Of a stretch of DNA of 64,000 nucleotides, positions 39,689-49,875 are shown one piece after another. A model generated the notes under the pieces. The model ran no database searches. It worked only from the letters and a program-made list of their open reading frames with translations, and was not told where the DNA came from. The position numbers and the translations under genes were made by a program. The stretch is from an uncultured delta proteobacterium (lineage in GTDB: Bacteria > Myxococcota_A > Polyangia > Polyangiales > Houyiibacteriaceae), in assembly GCA_963699755.1 (NCBI GenBank), contig CAVOVB010000010.1, positions 32,001-96,000 on the forward strand, written 5' to 3'. How positions within the stretch are numbered: the stretch's first letter is position 1; each line of letters opens with the position of its first letter.

Positions 39689-40048
39689 ATGGGAAAGAAT
39701 CTGATCGCAGGCTTGATGATCGGCCTATTGGCAATCTCGTTTGGCTGCTCGAAAGAATCCGGGGGCACCACTGCACTGTCATTGGCGAGCTTCGACTTCC
39801 CGCTCGTGTCCACCGACGTCGGAACCGGTTCCGAGGTCTATGCGGAGTTCTGCGAAGGCTGTCACCCGGGCGGGGAGAAAGGCGACGGCCCCAAGATCGC
39901 AGGTGACGGCACGTCTCCCGCCAAGATGCGCTGGCAAGTCCGGTCGGGCGGCGACGACATGCCCGCCTTCGGCCCCGACAAGATAAGCGATGCCGATCTG
40001 GAGGCTCTCCTGGCCTTCACGGAGACCTTCGGAGCCGTCAAGCGCTAG
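39689..40048 (+). CDS. Small monoheme cytochrome c lipoprotein
   Basis: Signal peptide ending FGC; CEGCH heme motif; MPAF axial Met. Confidence 0.85.
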   Translation: MGKNLIAGLMIGLLAISFGCSKESGGTTALSLASFDFPLVSTDVGTGSEVYAEFCEGCHPGGEKGDGPKIAGDGTSPAKMRWQVRSGGDDMPAFGPDKISDADLEALLAFTETFGAVKR

Positions 40049-40539
40049 CCATTCGTTCCGGCCGTGGGCGCACGGCTGCCCGTCAGGCGATAGACTTTGA
40101 TGTTCCGGTCTGTCTTGGTCACGTAGGTCTTCATTTGGGGGATCGTTTGAGCGATCTTCGGCCAGAGGATCGCTTTCTCAGAATCGGTCAGGCGGGTTGC
40201 GACGACCTTCTTGCTCTCCGCACCGAGGCGAATGCTCGCCGCCGGGTTCGCATCGAGGTTGTACGACCAGGCCGGATGCTCGGCGCCGCCGAAGTTGCTC
40301 GCCACGATCAACACATCGTCGCCATCCGCGGTGTAGCCGAGCTGCACTGTCCGCTCCTTGCCCGACTTCCTGCCTATCGTGGTCAGGGTCAGCTGGGGGA
40401 TCGTCAGCGGCCCTGAGCTGGTGAATCGACCGCCACTGAGCTTGTAAATCAGCGGGTCCACCCGTGCCGCGAAGGTCTTGACGAGCCACACCCCGAAGGG
40501 CGTGACCGACAAATTGTTGATGAAATCCCGATAGCTCAT
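40045..40539 (-). CDS. Deazaflavin(F420)-dependent nitroreductase family protein (Ddn-like)
   Basis: LTTIGRKSG-R, VASNFG...HPAW-NL-ANP and T-RNI-V motifs. Confidence 0.88.
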   Translation of the reverse strand: MSYRDFINNLSVTPFGVWLVKTFAARVDPLIYKLSGGRFTSSGPLTIPQLTLTTIGRKSGKERTVQLGYTADGDDVLIVASNFGGAEHPAWSYNLDANPAASIRLGAESKKVVATRLTDSEKAILWPKIAQTIPQMKTYVTKTDRNIKVYRLTGSRAPTAGTNG

Positions 40540-40577
40540 GACGCCTCCACTGCGGCGGAGCCTAGCACGGGGAGAGG

Positions 40578-41570
40578 CTACAATCCGAGCCAGCTCCTCG
40601 CATCGAGTGGTCTGGTTCCTCTGCGAACTTCGAAGAAGAGAACCGCGTCAGGTCCGCCGACGTCGAGCGTGGCGATCCGGGTACTCATGCCAACCCAATC
40701 CCCCACTTCAACCTCGGTCGAGCCGAGACCGCCGTAGACGGTGTAGAAGCTGCTCCCGTGGTCGATGATGACCATCAAGCCGTAGGCGCCGTAGTTGCGC
40801 GCAAAGGCCACCCTGCCGTCAGCTGCAGCGCGGACTGGGCCGCCGGGCCGCCCGTAGAACTCCAGGCCCGGGGCGCCTTCCCGCGAGCTCTCGCCAATTC
40901 GCATCGAACCCTGTACCGGGAGCGCCAACTCGCCCCGCATTTGCGCGAAGCCCTCGCCGAGATCGTCCATGTCCCCCGAGACGCGGATCCGACCGTAGCT
41001 CACGCTCCCGTTCTCCTCCGGCGCATCTTCGCGCTCCCCTCGGAGCGTGTCCTGGAACAGAGACGCGCTGCGGCTGCTGTGCTCGAGCTCTGCCTTCTTG
41101 GCTTCGAGCGCGAGCAAGGCAAGCTGCGCATCCTTGAGCGCATCGGCGAGCTCGTTCTTTTCGATTCGGAGCGCGGAGCCTCGCTCCCCGAGGAAGTCCA
41201 TCATGTCGAGGTCGCTCCTGACCATCCGCGAGAGACGCTGCACCCGAGCAAGGTGGCCCATGAGCGCATCGAATCCGCCCGCCACCGGCAGCATGCCAGC
41301 GCGCCGAATGCGATAGAGGGCCCGTGCCCGCTCGTGGAGGCGTCCTTCGGCCTCGTCGCGCTTCTCGGCCAGGCCTGAGATCTCGGTGTCGATCTGCGCT
41401 TGTCGCGTCTGCGCGTGTTCCACACGGGCGAGGTTTTCGGCAATCTTGCCTTCCACCGCAGCGACATCGGCCAGGCCGCCGATGCCCTGATCCTGTTCCG
41501 CCGCCGCACCGGCAGCCAGGGCCAGAAGCCAAGCCGCGATCCAAACCGAGAGTCTGCTTCTGCTCTTCAT
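40578..41570 (-). CDS. envC: EnvC-like murein hydrolase activator (coiled coil plus degenerate M23 domain)
   Basis: Signal peptide and coiled coil; the M23 domain lacks Zn ligands (PGLEF, YGGL, LFFEVR); follows ftsEX. Confidence 0.85.
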   Translation of the reverse strand: MKSRSRLSVWIAAWLLALAAGAAAEQDQGIGGLADVAAVEGKIAENLARVEHAQTRQAQIDTEISGLAEKRDEAEGRLHERARALYRIRRAGMLPVAGGFDALMGHLARVQRLSRMVRSDLDMMDFLGERGSALRIEKNELADALKDAQLALLALEAKKAELEHSSRSASLFQDTLRGEREDAPEENGSVSYGRIRVSGDMDDLGEGFAQMRGELALPVQGSMRIGESSREGAPGLEFYGRPGGPVRAAADGRVAFARNYGAYGLMVIIDHGSSFYTVYGGLGSTEVEVGDWVGMSTRIATLDVGGPDAVLFFEVRRGTRPLDARSWLGL

Positions 41571-41571
41571 G

Positions 41572-42453
41572 TCACACCGAGAGGTAGCGACGCACCGAGA
41601 ACGCGCTCCCCACAGCGCCGATGAGCGCGCCACCGGCCAGAAGCGCCACGAGCGTCCAGAGGCCCAGGAAGACCACACGGCTGCCGGTGAGGGCGGCCAA
41701 GGTCGAATCGACCGACTCGTGCAGGGCCAAATAGCCCGCCAGGAGAGCCAGGACGGCCAGGAGCGCCGAGGCGAAGCCCTGGAACATACCTTCCAAGACG
41801 AAGGGACCGCGAACGAAGCCGTTGGTTGCCCCGCAGAGCTTCATGACTTCGATCTCCTGACGCCGCCGCGCGACGGCGAGACGGATCGTGTTGCCGATGA
41901 CGGCGACCACGCAGAACATCACCAGCAGCGCGAGGCCCAGGGCCAACATGCGCGCGCCCCAAAGGAGCTGGTCTAGCTTCTGGAACCATGCCCCATAGCT
42001 TTCCACGTCGCTCACTGCTCGGAACTGCGCCAGTCGCGCGGCGATCGATTCACTTCGCTCTCTGGTGACGCCATGGACTAGCGCCACCTCGAGCGAAGCC
42101 GGAAACACATCTGGTGGAAGCGCGCTCAGGTCCGCACCGACGTCAGCTTCTTCGAGAAACGAAGAGCGCGCCTGCGAAGGCGAGACGTGCGTCACCTCGC
42201 TCACATCGGCCAAGCCTTCGAGCACGACCCGAAGCTGCGCGATGTCCTGCGCGTCGGCCCCATCCCTCAAAAAGACGGTGATCCGCCCGCTCTGGCCCCA
42301 GCGTGTCGCCGCGGCATCGAGGTTGGTCACGCCGAGGAGCGTAGCCCCGAGGCAAATGAACGCGACAGCCAAGCTCGTGACCGCCACGACGTACAAGCGT
42401 CGCTCTTCACGGAGCCCCCGCCTCGCCCTCGCGATTGCGTTTCTCAGGTCCAT
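41572..42453 (-). CDS. ftsX: Cell division permease FtsX
   Basis: IGNTIRLAV-RR-EIEVMKLCGAT-GFVRGPFVLEG motif. Confidence 0.93.
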   Translation of the reverse strand: MDLRNAIARARRGLREERRLYVVAVTSLAVAFICLGATLLGVTNLDAAATRWGQSGRITVFLRDGADAQDIAQLRVVLEGLADVSEVTHVSPSQARSSFLEEADVGADLSALPPDVFPASLEVALVHGVTRERSESIAARLAQFRAVSDVESYGAWFQKLDQLLWGARMLALGLALLVMFCVVAVIGNTIRLAVARRRQEIEVMKLCGATNGFVRGPFVLEGMFQGFASALLAVLALLAGYLALHESVDSTLAALTGSRVVFLGLWTLVALLAGGALIGAVGSAFSVRRYLSV

Positions 42454-42457
42454 CGTT

Positions 42458-43246
42458 TCACCCTGCCATCGTGTGAATGCCACTGCCCGGCCAGTGCTTG
42501 AGCCCCTTTTGAGACTCCAACACGCGGCCTTCGTCGATCGAGATCAAGCGGTGGTCCCGCTTGGAGATCAGGGAATGGTCGTGGGTAGCGAAGAGCACCG
42601 TCGTCCCGGTCGAGTTGATCTCCTCGAAGAGAGTCAGAATGTCGATCGCGAGATGCGGGTCGAGGTTTCCGGTCGGCTCGTCTGCCAAGATGAGCGCAGG
42701 CTCGGGAACGATGGCCCTGGCGACTGCGACGCGCTGCTTCTCGCCCCCAGAGAGATTGGTGATCAGCTCTGGACCGCGGCCGGCCAAACCCACGCGCTCG
42801 AGCGCCTCCGCGACCCGCGATCGGATGAGCCGCTTCGGCATGGAGACGATCTCCAGGGCGACGGCTACGTTTTCAAAGACCGTCCAGTGGTCGATGATGC
42901 GGAAGTCCTGAAATACGATGCCGAGGTTGCGGCGCAAGAACGGAATCGACTTCTCTGTCAGGCGGCCGATGTCTCGACCACAAAAGAGCACCCGCCCCTC
43001 ATCGACCGTGAGCTCCCGGTACACCAGCTTCAAGAGCGTGCTCTTACCGGCGCCACTTGGCCCGGTAATGAACACGAACTCCCCACGCTCGATCTTGAGG
43101 CCGACACCGCGCAGCGTCGGCTGGTCGGGTCTGAAGAATTTATAGACGTCCTCCAACACCAGAATCGGCTTCGATAGCTGAGGTTGGCTCGCGCGTGCGC
43201 CAGCCCGAAAGAACGGAAACGGCCGTACTACCTTGGTTTCCTGCAT
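42458..43246 (-). CDS. ftsE: Cell division ATP-binding protein FtsE
   Basis: GPSGAGKST, LRRNLGIVFQDFR, LSGGEKQRV and ADEPTGNLD motifs. Confidence 0.95.
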   Translation of the reverse strand: MQETKVVRPFPFFRAGARASQPQLSKPILVLEDVYKFFRPDQPTLRGVGLKIERGEFVFITGPSGAGKSTLLKLVYRELTVDEGRVLFCGRDIGRLTEKSIPFLRRNLGIVFQDFRIIDHWTVFENVAVALEIVSMPKRLIRSRVAEALERVGLAGRGPELITNLSGGEKQRVAVARAIVPEPALILADEPTGNLDPHLAIDILTLFEEINSTGTTVLFATHDHSLISKRDHRLISIDEGRVLESQKGLKHWPGSGIHTMAG

Positions 43247-43341
43247 AGAGTCCCGCTAACCCGTTCAGCTGCTCGTGCGCAAGAAATCGGCCAACAATCC
43301 GCGGTTGCCGAGGGCGGCGCGACGGCTAAAGTGCCGGCAAC

Positions 43342-44127
43342 ATGGGCGAGCGGGCGGTCTTGTACGAGGCGGCGGACCGGATCGGGATGATTACCTTGAA
43401 TCGTCCCGATCAGCGGAACGCCATGACTCCAGAGCTTCTGGACGCGTTCTCCGTGGCCATCGGAGAGGCCCTGGCCGACGAGGAGATCCGCTGCCTGCTC
43501 ATCACCGGAACGGGCCCTTGCTTCAGTGCGGGCGCCGATCTTCGCTCGTCTTTGCAGCGGAGCGACCTGGGGAAGCCCGCCACTGAGGCCTCTTTCGCGA
43601 TGTATCAGCCCTTTCTGCAAGTTCTGGAGGTCAGAGTACCGGTGATCGCCGCAATGAACGGCCACGCCGTCGGCGGCGGATTCGGGCTTAGCCTTCTCGC
43701 CGACATCCGGGTGGCAAACGCCGATGCAAAATACGGGGCGAATTTCGCACGCTTAGGCATCCATTCTGGACTCGGCATCAGCTACGTGCTTCCAAGGCTG
43801 GTCGGCCCCGCGCATGCATCCGAGCTGCTGTTCACCGGCAAGCTGGTCCGCGGAAGCGAGGCGCTTCGGATCGGCCTGGCGACGCATGCGGTCGATGCGG
43901 AAGAGGTCCTGCCCACGGCGATGCGACTGTCCCGTGCAGTCGCCGGGTCGGCTCCAATGGCTGTCCAGCAGATGAAGGCCTCGATTCGCAGAGGCCTTCG
44001 CTGGGAGATTCGCCAAGCCGCGCTCGAGGAAGCAGGGCTTCAAGCCGCAAGCCTCGAAAGCGAAGACGCGAAAGAAGGCATTGCAGCGATTCTCGAGAAG
44101 CGGGAACCTGAGTTCACCGGCCGATAA
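43342..44127 (+). CDS. Enoyl-CoA hydratase/isomerase (crotonase) family protein
   Basis: ITLNRP-RNA, FSAGADL, NGHAVGGG and EKREPEF-GR motifs. Confidence 0.92.
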   Translation: MGERAVLYEAADRIGMITLNRPDQRNAMTPELLDAFSVAIGEALADEEIRCLLITGTGPCFSAGADLRSSLQRSDLGKPATEASFAMYQPFLQVLEVRVPVIAAMNGHAVGGGFGLSLLADIRVANADAKYGANFARLGIHSGLGISYVLPRLVGPAHASELLFTGKLVRGSEALRIGLATHAVDAEEVLPTAMRLSRAVAGSAPMAVQQMKASIRRGLRWEIRQAALEEAGLQAASLESEDAKEGIAAILEKREPEFTGR

Positions 44128-44131
44128 ACCC

Positions 44132-45244
44132 ATGCTGGCGCTCCCAAAGCTTCCGATACCGCTCGATACCATGCCCGAAGCGCTCCGTCGCTTTGCGGAG
44201 CCCAAGGCGCCCACGCCAGCGAAGATGATGGCAGCCCGGGGAATGGTCCCGGTCAAAGGCGCCGGCCTCGTCACCCTGCTCGCGCAGCTGAGCGCCGATG
44301 CGGACCCGACGGTATCGGAAGCGGCGAAGAGCACGCTCGAGGGTCTGCCGGAAAACGTCCTTCTCCCCGTATGCAACGAAGACCTGCATCCGGCCGTCTT
44401 TCACCTGATTGCGCTCCAATTCTCGAAAAACGACGAGGTCTTGGCGCGCCTGGCTTCGAACCATTCGGTCGCCGACGCCACTATTGCGAAGATTTCGGCG
44501 CGCTGCCCAGAGCGCGTCGCGGAGATTATCTCCGTGAACGAGCAGCGACTCCTGGGGGCCCCGGAGATCATCGAAGCCCTCTACAAGAACCGCAACACCC
44601 GGATGTCGACGGCCGACCGACTCATCGAGCTCGCGGCTCGGCACGGGGTCGAGCTGACCGGCATTCCGATGTTCGACGAGCTGAAGAAGGCCATCCAGGG
44701 CCAGTTGATCCCCGAGCCGGGTGAGGAGCCGCTTCCGTCCGACGAGCTCTTTGCGAACGCGCTCGCAGAGGACGACGAGCAAGACGCAGTCGCGCGCGAC
44801 GAGCTCGACGGAACCGAGGAAACCAAAGAGGAGTTCATCCCGCTTCAGGCCAAGCTTCGCTCGATGAACGTCGGCGAGAAGATCCGAATGGCCCTTCTTG
44901 GCAATGCAGCCACGCGCTCGATCCTCGTCCGAGACCCGAACCGCGTGGTCGCCATGGCGGCCATCTCTTCGCCCGCGCTGACCGAGAACGAAGCGAAGAA
45001 CGCCGCGCAGAGTCGCGAGGTTTCCGAAGACGTGCTTCGCTTCATTGGCAGAAAGCGCGAGTGGCTGCGGAGCTATGAAATCAAGCGTCACCTCTGCAAC
45101 AACCCGAAGACGCCAATTGCGATTTCGATGGCCTTTCTCAATCACCTTCGTCGAAACGACCTGCGCGCCCTCGCGCGAAGCCGGGGGATTCCGGGGCCCC
45201 TCAAGCAGTCCGCCAAGCGAAGGTCGAAGCAGTTTGATCAATGA
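44132..45244 (+). CDS. Conserved hypothetical alpha-helical repeat protein
   Basis: 370-aa ORF with helical repeats (L-RDPN-VV, NPKTP) around an acidic linker; its stop overlaps the start of the next gene. Confidence 0.75.
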   Translation: MLALPKLPIPLDTMPEALRRFAEPKAPTPAKMMAARGMVPVKGAGLVTLLAQLSADADPTVSEAAKSTLEGLPENVLLPVCNEDLHPAVFHLIALQFSKNDEVLARLASNHSVADATIAKISARCPERVAEIISVNEQRLLGAPEIIEALYKNRNTRMSTADRLIELAARHGVELTGIPMFDELKKAIQGQLIPEPGEEPLPSDELFANALAEDDEQDAVARDELDGTEETKEEFIPLQAKLRSMNVGEKIRMALLGNAATRSILVRDPNRVVAMAAISSPALTENEAKNAAQSREVSEDVLRFIGRKREWLRSYEIKRHLCNNPKTPIAISMAFLNHLRRNDLRALARSRGIPGPLKQSAKRRSKQFDQ

Positions 45245-46485
45245 GCTTCTTCAAGAAACTGTTTTCCAGCGACCCCGAAGCGCTCGAGAAGAAGGCCGAC
45301 GCGCTCTATGCCGCTCGCGAGTTCGGTCCTGCCAAGCTCGCGTACGACAAAGCCCTGGCTGCATCTGCCGAAGGTGCAAGAGAGGCGCTTGTGGAGAAGA
45401 TCCGACTCTGCACCAACCAGATCGCCCGGCAGCGAATCGAAGAGGCGAAGGCGTATCTCGAGCAGGGCTCGATCGAGCTAGCAGAGCAGGAGCTCCAAGG
45501 TGCCTTGGAGGTCGCAAGCGACGACGCGCTCCTCCACCAGGCCCAGGCATTGCTCGATGGTCTCGAGGGCGAAGAAGCGCAGGCGCAGGCGGCATCTCCG
45601 GAGATGACCGACGAAGAGCGGATGGCGCTGCTGATGGGCCATTGGCAGGACGCCCAGGCCGAGGAATACGAGGGCTACGGCGACCCCTTGATCGAGGCGC
45701 TGCTCGCCATGCAGAGAGAAGAGCTCAGCGAGGCGCGGGCCCAACTCGAAGCGCTGCTCGCCGACGCACCCGAGCCTCGATACCTCTGGCTCGAGGTCGG
45801 CCGTGCTCGCCTGCTCTGCGACGATATCCTGGGGGGCAAAGACGCCTTGCGGCGCTTTCTGGCGGCGCTGCCCCAGGATGAAGGAGGCGAGACGAGGCTG
45901 GCTGCGAATCTTTCGCTGGCCCGGCTTGCAGACGAAGCTGACGCGTTCGAGGAGGCGATGGGCTATTTCGAAGGCGCAGTGCATGCGCTCCCAGAGGACT
46001 ACCGGCCCTATCTCGCCATGGGGGCGTTCCTCAGGGCCAAGGGGCACGCCGAAGAAGCCCTAGAGGTCCTGGGGACCTCGCTCGAGCTCAGCGTCACCTC
46101 GGGAACTGACTGGCGGCTCCTCGAAGAGCTCGGCCTCGCTTCGGAGCTCGCCGGCAAGATGGACGATGCTCGAAGCTTCCTTCAACAAGTGGTCGAGTTC
46201 TTTAGCGGTCACCAGATCACAGACTTCCCGCCCACCACGGCCACGACACTGGCCAAACTCTATGAAGCCGACGGTCGATTAGATCGTGCGGCAGATCTCT
46301 ACCGGGCCCTGAGCCAGGGCAGCGACCGAGATCGACATGCGCTCTATCACTTCGAAGCGGGGCGCTTGCTCAAGGCCCTTGAGCTCGAGGATGAGGCCCG
46401 CCGCATGCTCACTCGCGCCAAGGCGCTCCTCCGCGAGGAGGACGTGGAGCTCGGCGAAAAGGTCGCAGCGCTGCTACAGGCTTAG
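45241..46485 (+). CDS. Tetratricopeptide repeat protein
   Basis: Multiple TPR-like helical pairs (e.g. EEAMGYFEGAV-ALPED-RPYLAMG); ATGA overlap with the upstream gene. Confidence 0.85.
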   Translation: MSFFKKLFSSDPEALEKKADALYAAREFGPAKLAYDKALAASAEGAREALVEKIRLCTNQIARQRIEEAKAYLEQGSIELAEQELQGALEVASDDALLHQAQALLDGLEGEEAQAQAASPEMTDEERMALLMGHWQDAQAEEYEGYGDPLIEALLAMQREELSEARAQLEALLADAPEPRYLWLEVGRARLLCDDILGGKDALRRFLAALPQDEGGETRLAANLSLARLADEADAFEEAMGYFEGAVHALPEDYRPYLAMGAFLRAKGHAEEALEVLGTSLELSVTSGTDWRLLEELGLASELAGKMDDARSFLQQVVEFFSGHQITDFPPTTATTLAKLYEADGRLDRAADLYRALSQGSDRDRHALYHFEAGRLLKALELEDEARRMLTRAKALLREEDVELGEKVAALLQA

Positions 46486-46611
46486 CGGCTAGCGGGCTGA
46501 TTTCGCGTCCGTTTTGCGCATGCTGACGCAATCGAGATCGGTGCTATATTCACAGGGCGTAGCGGCGTGGACCGGGAATCGACCTGGCCGCGACCAAAGC
46601 GAGAGAAGCCG

Positions 46612-47514
46612 ATGACCCGAGGACATGCCTCCAATGAGCGGCCCGTGACGGTTCCTCGTCTTCGCAAGATGAAGCGTGACGGCGCCCGGATCAGCATGGT
46701 GACCGCCTACGATGCGACCTTCGCGCGCCTCTTCGACGACGCGGGCATTGATGTGCTGCTCGTGGGCGACTCCCTCGGAATGGTCGTGCAGGGTCGGGAC
46801 TCTACGCTGCCGGTGACGGTCGATGAGGTCATCTATCACTGCCGAGCGGTCGCACGAGGGACGCGGCGCGCACACATCGTGGGAGACATGCCGTTCCTCA
46901 GCTGGCAACTGAGCACGGAGCAGGCGCTTCGCAATGCGGGCCGCTTCCTCTCGGAAGGTGGTGCACAGTCGGTGAAGCTCGAAGGCGGTGTCGAGGCTGG
47001 GCCCACGATCGAGCGGATCGTTGAGGCGGGTATTCCCGTCATGGCCCATGTGGGTCTCACCCCGCAGAGTGTCCATGCGATGGGCGGATTTCGAGTGCAA
47101 GGCAAGACCGAAGAGACGGCAGACAGGATCATGGCCGATGCAAGGGCGGTCGCCGAAGCGGGCGCTTACGCGCTCGTGCTCGAGGGCATTCCTAGCGATC
47201 TCGCCCAAAGCATCAGTGAAGAGATCGACATCCCAACGATCGGCATCGGCGCCGGGCCGCACTGCGACGGGCAGGTTCTCGTCTGTTACGACCTGCTCGG
47301 CCTGACGCCGGACCTCAAGCCAAAGTTCGTGAAGCGTTACGCTGAGTTCTTCGACGAAGGACTGGCCGCAGCACAGCGCTATCGCGACGAGGTTCGAACC
47401 GGGGTGTTCCCGAGTGAAGAGCACGGCTTCGGCAACGTGAAGAGAGGTGAGACACCATCATCGGGGCTCAGCCTCGTTCAACACGTTAGGCCGGCTTACG
47501 GGCCCAAGGGATGA
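46612..47514 (+). CDS. panB: 3-methyl-2-oxobutanoate hydroxymethyltransferase
   Basis: [32 protein letters not shown] and IGIGAG-CDGQVLV motifs. Confidence 0.97.
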   Translation: MTRGHASNERPVTVPRLRKMKRDGARISMVTAYDATFARLFDDAGIDVLLVGDSLGMVVQGRDSTLPVTVDEVIYHCRAVARGTRRAHIVGDMPFLSWQLSTEQALRNAGRFLSEGGAQSVKLEGGVEAGPTIERIVEAGIPVMAHVGLTPQSVHAMGGFRVQGKTEETADRIMADARAVAEAGAYALVLEGIPSDLAQSISEEIDIPTIGIGAGPHCDGQVLVCYDLLGLTPDLKPKFVKRYAEFFDEGLAAAQRYRDEVRTGVFPSEEHGFGNVKRGETPSSGLSLVQHVRPAYGPKG

Positions 47515-48368
47515 GCAGAGTCGTACGCAAGCCTGCCGAGTTCCGGCGGGCCTGCGAAGATGCGCGCGCTCATCAGCGTCGTGTCGGTCTGATCCCGACG
47601 ATGGGTGCGCTTCACGACGGACACTTCTCGTTGATCGAGGAAGCGAAGGCCCGAGCCGACTTCATCGCGCTGACGATCTTCGTCAACCCCTTGCAGTTTG
47701 CGCCCGGAGAGGATCTGGAGCGCTATCCGCGGACCTTCGAGGCGGACCTCGCGGGTTGCCGCGAACGCGAGGTCGACCTGGTGTTCGCGCCCGAGCCGAG
47801 ATCGATGTACCCGGAGCGTTTTCAAACCCAGGTTTCGGTCGGCGAGCTCGCCAAACCCCTCGAAGGCCAGTTCCGCCCGGCCCATTTCGACGGCGTGACC
47901 ACGGTCGTGGCAAAGCTCTTCAACCTCACCGGCCCGTGCACGGCGATGTTCGGCCGCAAGGACTACCAGCAGTGGAAGGTTCTCTCCCAGATGGCCGTCG
48001 ACCTGGACATGCCGATCGAGGTCGTAGGCTGCCCGATCATCCGCGAGCCCGATGGCCTCGCCCTCTCCTCCCGAAACCGCTATCTCAATGCGGCCGACCG
48101 GGCACGGGCGCTCTCAATCGTGTCCGGGCTCCGGCGCGCCCACGATGCGTGGCAGCAGGGCGAGCGGCATGCGGACACACTTCGTGCGCTGGCTGCAGAT
48201 ACGGTAGAGCAATCCTGCGATCGCGTTGACTACGTAGCAGCGGTCGATCCGGATACCCTCAATGCGCCGGGCGGGACCTCGGACGCGCTCCTGATCGCAG
48301 TGGCCGCTCACCTCGGTGCCACCCGACTAATCGACAACGTCGTCCTCGGCAGCGACCCACGCCCCTAG
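47511..48368 (+). CDS. panC: Pantoate--beta-alanine ligase
   Basis: [40 protein letters not shown] and RLIDN motifs. Confidence 0.97.
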   Translation: MSRVVRKPAEFRRACEDARAHQRRVGLIPTMGALHDGHFSLIEEAKARADFIALTIFVNPLQFAPGEDLERYPRTFEADLAGCREREVDLVFAPEPRSMYPERFQTQVSVGELAKPLEGQFRPAHFDGVTTVVAKLFNLTGPCTAMFGRKDYQQWKVLSQMAVDLDMPIEVVGCPIIREPDGLALSSRNRYLNAADRARALSIVSGLRRAHDAWQQGERHADTLRALAADTVEQSCDRVDYVAAVDPDTLNAPGGTSDALLIAVAAHLGATRLIDNVVLGSDPRP

Positions 48369-48431
48369 GGCCGCTGGGTCCGCAACGGACGATTGTATGA
48401 CGTCGAACGGCGCTTCGCGTATGCTTGAGCC

Positions 48432-48941
48432 ATGAGTCGACCACCTACGCCCAAGCTGAATGCAGACCACCTGGTGGACATCGGGCTCTTTGGAGGGCTG
48501 AGCAGGGAGACGCTTACGGTTCTCGCTGAGTCCCTGCCGGCGACTCGCGTCGAAGCTGGAGACATGGTGGTCGAAGAAGGTGACATGTCCACCCAGATGT
48601 TCGTCGTGATTGCCGGCGAGCTCGAGGTCATCAAAAAGGGCGAGTCCGGCGGCGACGTGCGTGTCGCCGTCCTTGGCCCGAGTGACTGGTTCGGCGAGAT
48701 GTCGATCATCGACGTTCAGCCGCGTTCTGCAAGCGTGCGGGCCGTAGCTCCCACCTTGGTGCTCTCAATAACCGCCGAGCACGTGGAGAACCTGCTCTAC
48801 CGACGCGATCTCAAAGACTACGCGCTCTTCGTCATGAACATCGCGCGTGAGCTCAGCCGACGCCTCCGGGTTGCCGATGGAATCCTCGCGCAGTTCTACA
48901 CTGCGCTCGCCAATCAGTATGGTTCGGCGCCGAGAAGCTGA
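48432..48941 (+). CDS. Stand-alone cyclic nucleotide-binding domain protein
   Basis: FGEMSIID-QPRSASVRA phosphate-binding cassette; no HTH follows. Confidence 0.9.
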   Translation: MSRPPTPKLNADHLVDIGLFGGLSRETLTVLAESLPATRVEAGDMVVEEGDMSTQMFVVIAGELEVIKKGESGGDVRVAVLGPSDWFGEMSIIDVQPRSASVRAVAPTLVLSITAEHVENLLYRRDLKDYALFVMNIARELSRRLRVADGILAQFYTALANQYGSAPRS

Positions 48942-49015
48942 TATCGCGTTGGGACTGGGTTGGGGATCGATCTCGGAGCTGGTTCCAGCGAGGCAAGCCG
49001 ATCGAGGAATAGCCG

Positions 49016-49864
49016 CTAGAACATGCCGGGCGGCGGAGTGGTCATGCGCTTGATCGCTTCGTGATTCTGAAGGGCCTCGAGGATGATCGTCGCTGTCTCC
49101 TCGATGGCGCAGTTCGTCACGTCGACGACCATCCACTCGGGGTTGTTTCGAATAATGCCGTGCGCGTACTCGAGCTCGGCTTTGACGTGCTCGCGGAGGC
49201 CGTAGTTTGCGTCGGGGGGCATGCCGAGCTGTTGAAGGCGCTGCCTGCGAATGTCGATCAATTGGTCGACGTCGATGGTGAGGCCCACCACGCGCACACC
49301 TGGAAGCTGGTAGAGCTCTTCGGGCGGCTCCACGCCGAGCACGAGCGGCACGTTCGCTACTTTGAGCCCGCGGCCTGCGAGATAGGTCGACAGCGGCGTC
49401 TTACTCGTGCGGCTCACGCCAACCAGTACCAGGTCGGCCTTGTGCAGATTGCGTGGCTCTTTGCCGTCGTCGCTCTTGACCGCGAACTCGATCGCTTCGA
49501 CCCGCCGGAAGTACTCTTCGGAGAGCGGCATCTCGGCGGTCGGGATGTTCACGGGGTCTGCTTCGAGGTAGTGGCCGATTTGACGGATCATGGTGCCGAT
49601 CACGTCGACGTGACGGACCTTTAGTCGGGTCGCCTGCGCGTTGAAGTGGTCGCGCAGCTCCGGTCGCACCAGCGTGAAGACGACCATCGCCTGCTCGACT
49701 GCTGCGCGTTCAAGGATCTTAGTCAGACCGCCTCGGTCTCGCTGACGCCGCTCGATCTTCACGCGAACGCCGTGATCGGGAAACTGAAGAAGCGTCGCTC
49801 GCGTCACTCGCTCGGCCGTCTCACCGGTCGAGTCGCTGACGACGTAGATGAGCTTCGCGTCCAT
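49016..49864 (-). CDS. ppsR: PEP synthase / PPDK regulatory kinase-pyrophosphorylase (DUF299)
   Basis: VSDSTGETAE, YF-RVEAIEFAVK-DDG, GVSRTSKTPLS-YLA and IEETA motifs. Confidence 0.95.
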   Translation of the reverse strand: MDAKLIYVVSDSTGETAERVTRATLLQFPDHGVRVKIERRQRDRGGLTKILERAAVEQAMVVFTLVRPELRDHFNAQATRLKVRHVDVIGTMIRQIGHYLEADPVNIPTAEMPLSEEYFRRVEAIEFAVKSDDGKEPRNLHKADLVLVGVSRTSKTPLSTYLAGRGLKVANVPLVLGVEPPEELYQLPGVRVVGLTIDVDQLIDIRRQRLQQLGMPPDANYGLREHVKAELEYAHGIIRNNPEWMVVDVTNCAIEETATIILEALQNHEAIKRMTTPPPGMF

Positions 49865-49875
49865 CGAGGTCGCGC

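Noticed and set aside
40578..41000. Loss of Zn ligands in the M23 domain as a novelty
   Set aside because: This is the normal state of EnvC-type activators downstream of ftsEX.
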